From: Epiperipatus broadwayi
Taxonomy: Eukaryota; Animalia; Onychophora
Length of the DNA: 64,000 nt
Direction: 5' to 3'
Assembly (NCBI GenBank): GCA_028023455.1
Contig: JAQFVV010000001.1
Location: forward strand, 2,108,001-2,172,000
This document shows positions 60,085 through 64,000 of the stretch, one piece after another (within the stretch, counting starts at the first letter, position 1; the number at the start of each line of letters is the position of its first letter). The notes under the pieces were generated by a model. The model was given only the letters and a program-made list of their open reading frames with translations, did no database searches and was not told where the DNA came from. The position numbers and the translations under genes are program-made.

Positions 60085-60714
60085 TGAAATAAATGAGAGA
60101 GTGCAAATCTCTCAAGCGCTTATGACTACAACCAGCCAATCAAATCTTAAGCACTGGGACAGAGAATTTAATAAGAAAAGAGCAGTTCTACTCTCTTCTT
60201 TGCTTGTCTTAATATATATCCAAGCCAGTCCAAAGTACTTATATTTGAAAGCGTGAATCTTAAATATCATTACACTTAATTCACTGAGTTCAAATTATAA
60301 ACATACAGCATGAAATCTTTCGATTTACTACGCAGTAGTTTTTCGATGTTATAAATTTGCAGCAATATATGTAAATAATATTATTTTTATAAAGCGCAGT
60401 CGATATTGAAATAAATGAGAGAGTGCAAATCTCTCAAGCGCTTATGACTACAACCAGCCAAATGTTTATAATTTGAACTCAGTGAATTAAGTGTGATGAT
60501 ATTTAAGATTCATGCTTTCAAATATAAGTACTTTGGACTGGCTTGGATATATATTAAGACAAGTAAAGAAGAGAGTGGAACTGCTCTTTTCTTATTAAAT
60601 TCTCTGTCCCAGTGCTTAAGATTTGATTGGCTGGTTGTAGTCATAAGTGCTTGAGAGATTTGCACTCTCTCATTTATTTCAATATTGACTGCACTTTATA
60701 AAAATAATATTATT
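60085..60714. mobile_element. Fold-back retroposon of an unrelated family with the same geometry as 47766-48755
   Basis: 223-bp inverted arms at 60082-60304 and 60462-60684; 58-bp direct repeat at 60082-60139 and 60404-60461; ~30-bp tail 60685-60714 complementary to ~60374-60403; 13-bp TSD TATATCAAGTTAT at 60072-60084 and 60715-60727. Confidence 0.9.
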
Positions 60715-61817
60715 TATATCAAGTTATATTACGCTAATAAAAGTTCATTAATAATAAAAAAAAAATTAAACATGTCTATATTCAAAAATACAAGTTTTAA
60801 AATATATGTATTAAATTTATATATATATATTTGGAGGCCTCTTATTTATATGCATATAAATTTAAATTTTTTAGTATGATTTTTCTGAATAATTTAATAT
60901 GCTTACTACTGTTCTATAAATTTGGGTCTGAGGTGAAATATTAAATTCATTCTGATCAGATTTATTTTGGTTTTGAATAGTCTGTCACTTAAATATACGG
61001 ACTATGTACGTGCAGATGATGAGAAACACATCTCTTGTGAGCAAAAGCTAGATTTAATATCTCCATTCTAGACTCATTACAGGCACTTCTTCAAGATTGG
61101 TAAAGTTTCACCATTCAGTCTCTGATTGGCACATGTTGAATGGGCTGAGCAAATCATATTTATTATTTTTTATTTTACAGAATTTTCACATTCTAGCTGT
61201 TTTTGCATAAGTACTGAAAAATACTATACCAGTGATCTTTGTAGATGTAAAATGCTTTTCAAGCTATGTGATTCTGATGATGTGCATTTTAGCCCTTGTC
61301 CTCAAAGACCATTCTTCTCAAAAGACTTATCTTAAGTTGTTTTTACTTTCTCTAACAATTTGTTACTCATCTATTTTTTTTGTTTGTTTCCAATTTAATC
61401 CTATAATTACCCTTAATTACATGTTCAATTTGAATTTAGTTTTAATTAAATTGTATTATTATCTTTAATACTTTTTTGTTTTTGATATAATTTAGTCTTT
61501 AAAAAATTATCAAGCAGCATTACAAAATATTCATTTAATAACATGCATATTAATATATGTAAAGCTTTACACATTCAATGAATATCTTGATATAAGTAAA
61601 TATATCATTATATGACAATATACATTTTCAAATAAGTCTGAGGCATCAATTGAGAAAATCTTTTTTTTTTTAAACACTAAAATATTTAATTTATTCATTG
61701 ACTTGGGCATGATTGACTTAGGAGGCTTGTAAGATATGAAAGTGCTAGATGTTATCAAGATCCTCTTGTTACAATAGGAAATCAACATATGACTAATAAC
61801 TTATTTTCTTGCCATAG

Positions 61818-62330
61818 ATAGTAGTGAATTTAGCCTTACTATGCCAGATTGAGGTAATCTATGAGTGCTTCTTATTAATTGGTCTTAAAGTAGTCACCAA
61901 ATACATAAAAATGTATCTGACTGAGAGCTAATTAGTTATAGTAAATTATTGATATAACCATCTAATGTCTAAATTAATATTATGTAAAACATTTGTCTTT
62001 TTTTTTTAAATATAAAAATTTATAAAATATTATGGTGGAAAAATTTTCAAAAATGTTTAAGCCATGATTTGATAGCTTCATCATTTAAATTGTATTTTGA
62101 TTTCTTAAATAATCATTATTAAAAAAAAATATTATTAATTGCATTTTGTTTTTTATATTCTTTTTAAACCTAGAAATTTTTTTTTGTATATACCTTTTAT
62201 GTTCTTCTAAAACAAATATTTGTTAAATCCTGTGAAATTTAAGCTCCATTTGTTTTACAGATGGCATCTTACAATGAAGGAATTGCATGTCATATGAAGG
62301 AAATTTTTAAAGTATATGACTCCTTGAGAG
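61818..62330 (+). other. Candidate spliced exons of an unidentified gene or pseudogene: 61818-61853 and 62261-62330
   Basis: TTTTCTTGCCATAG|IVVNLALLCQIE|GTAATC (36 nt, phase 0) and TTTGTTTTACAG|MASYNEGIACHMKEIFKVYDSLR|GTAGGA. Phases are compatible; protein not recognised. Confidence 0.35.
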
Positions 62331-62895
62331 GTAGGATAGAAATATATAAGCTCATATTATTTAGTTATAAACTTTACATTGATATCAAAGGGGGATCAAA
62401 TACTAATCCCAATCTTAATGAACTGATTTTATAGTAGATATGTCACGTCTTTAGAGATTTTAACAATGAAAATAATCTCATCTAGTTTTTATTGTAATTA
62501 AAAAGTAATAACTTACAACAACTATTATTTGCTATTAGTGAAAGTAGATGTCACCACTATACAATTTTTGGTTTTTCTATATAAGTATTACTTTTTACTT
62601 AAATCAAATTCTATATAAGAAAAATGCATGTTTATCATAATTTATGACACAGAGTGTGAAATAATTTCTCTAACAAGTTAAAGCAAGTGATAGAAATGTT
62701 CACATAGCACGAGATAAAAAATTGAGTGATTTGTTAACTTACATTTTTCCAATTGTTTTCACTTTATGTATATCAGGAATTGTTAAATAAATCTAGTGTT
62801 TTCCTGAATTTGTATCAGTTTTTACTTTTCTTGTCCTGGTGTCCCATCATATTCTTTAAGGACAGTTAATTGTCCCAGTTTTTTTAACTACCCAT

Positions 62896-63323
62896 TTTTA
62901 TTTTTAACTTTTAATTTTAGCTTCTTATTTGATTTTATTTTAAATTAATATTTATTCATTTAATATTTTATAATTATTTTTCCTAAAACAAAAATGGCTC
63001 CCTATTATTTTGGCACATTAGTAATAAATGATTTCAATTTGTGACTTTATTTTGATATAGAAATAAGTGTCTTTTGCTTTTGTTTATATTGTAAAATGAG
63101 TATTTTATTTTTAACTTTTAATTTTAGCTTCTTATTTGATTTTATTTTAAATTAATATTTATTCATTTAATATTTTATAATTATTTTTCCTAAAACAAAA
63201 ATGGCTCCCTATTATTTTGGCACATTAGTAATAAATGATTTCAATTTGTGACTTTATTTTGATAGATAATGGGTGTATAGAAATAAGTGTCTTTTGCTTT
63301 TGTTTATATTGTAAAATGAGTAT
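62896..63323. repeat. ~207-bp tandem duplication; the second unit has a 14-bp indel
   Basis: 62896-63102 is repeated at 63103-~63323. Confidence 0.9.
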
Positions 63324-63579
63324 ATTATTAGTAATGTAAATGTGATAATATGATTTGTGACTTTTATTTCATACTGATAATCTGCAATGAAGTTTTTTTT
63401 GTTGTGTATCCAGTTAGGCTCTGTGGAAATATGAATACCCTAAATAAATTGTAATTTACATAAGTTTAGTTTACATAAATAGAGAGCTGCTTGTGGTTTA
63501 TGTCTAGTGTGCCTACAAGTCAGTAAACCAAAATTACAGTAGCAAGTTAAAATCTATTATTTCTAAAAGATCAAATGAG

Positions 63580-64000
63580 ATCTTGGTGATTGATTATTAT
63601 GGGCTATTGTCCCCATTTAACAGACAAAAATAGCTATTCATTGCCTATGATTTCTTCTCAAAATATGTTTCAGCTTACCCAATACCCCAAGTAATAATGG
63701 ACACATGATCAAGATATAAGACACCTTTCCTATCCAAAAAATGGAAAAAATAGGTGGTGTAATCTTAGCTAACATGTGCTTACATCTATTAGGAATCTAG
63801 TTGAACCCTTGCAAATGTTTAATGTGGGAGCTCAGACATTTGTTCAGGACTTACCTGGAGGATGAGCATAAGGGGTGGGTAAAGCAAACAGTATGTAGTC
63901 AACTACATCAATTGGTGCATGAATGAATCAACTGGATTCACAACCATCAGACTAGATTTCAATCAGCCTACTCCCATTTTATTAAGAAATGTCAGCCCCT
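63580..64000 (+). mobile_element. Decayed Gypsy-type integrase (rve) fragment
   Basis: IDYYGLLSP..LFIAYDFFSKYV..YP; ..LNPCK..RHLFRTYLEDEHKGW..; stops and frameshifts; runs off the window end. Confidence 0.65.

Noticed and set aside
59730-61335. Argument that all stops are C-to-T derived, implying editing or an alternative genetic code
   Set aside because: Every stop codon can be derived from a C-initial codon, so this is uninformative; the long LINE ORFs use the standard code.
1-64000. CRISPR array, rRNA or prokaryotic operon
   Set aside because: No regularly spaced repeat-spacer units, no rRNA-like sequence, and the content is that of a eukaryotic TE-rich genome.

Overview
This is AT-rich, CpG-depleted eukaryotic DNA (arthropod-like by inference), dominated by transposon relics, with no confidently identifiable host gene. 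It contains: (1) RTE-clade LINEs of two families, one copy nearly intact at 17182-20024; (2) two ~4.7 kb diverged copies of a PHD+esterase-ORF1 LINE arranged tail-to-tail; (3) a decayed Ty3/Gypsy provirus with both LTRs, PBS, PPT and TSD; (4) several hAT relics and a mariner relic; (5) a Penelope-like (PLE) RT-thumb/GIY-YIG fragment; (6) a retroposed pre-tRNA-Gly; (7) two CpG-retaining islands. The most notable signal is a set of hammerhead-ribozyme (HHR)-bearing fold-back retroposons. One non-coding family has about 10 copies, 11-14 bp TSDs, a fixed inversion point ~55 nt from its 3' end, a minimal type I HHR with a palindromic stem III, and, in its largest copy, wrap-around direct repeats suggesting a multimeric or circular template. 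Unrelated families share this geometry. Two HHRs, one directly downstream of the GIY-YIG ORF, carry a compensatory A3-U8 swap of the canonical C3-G8 tertiary pair. All family and fold assignments were made by eye; no searches or folding were run.
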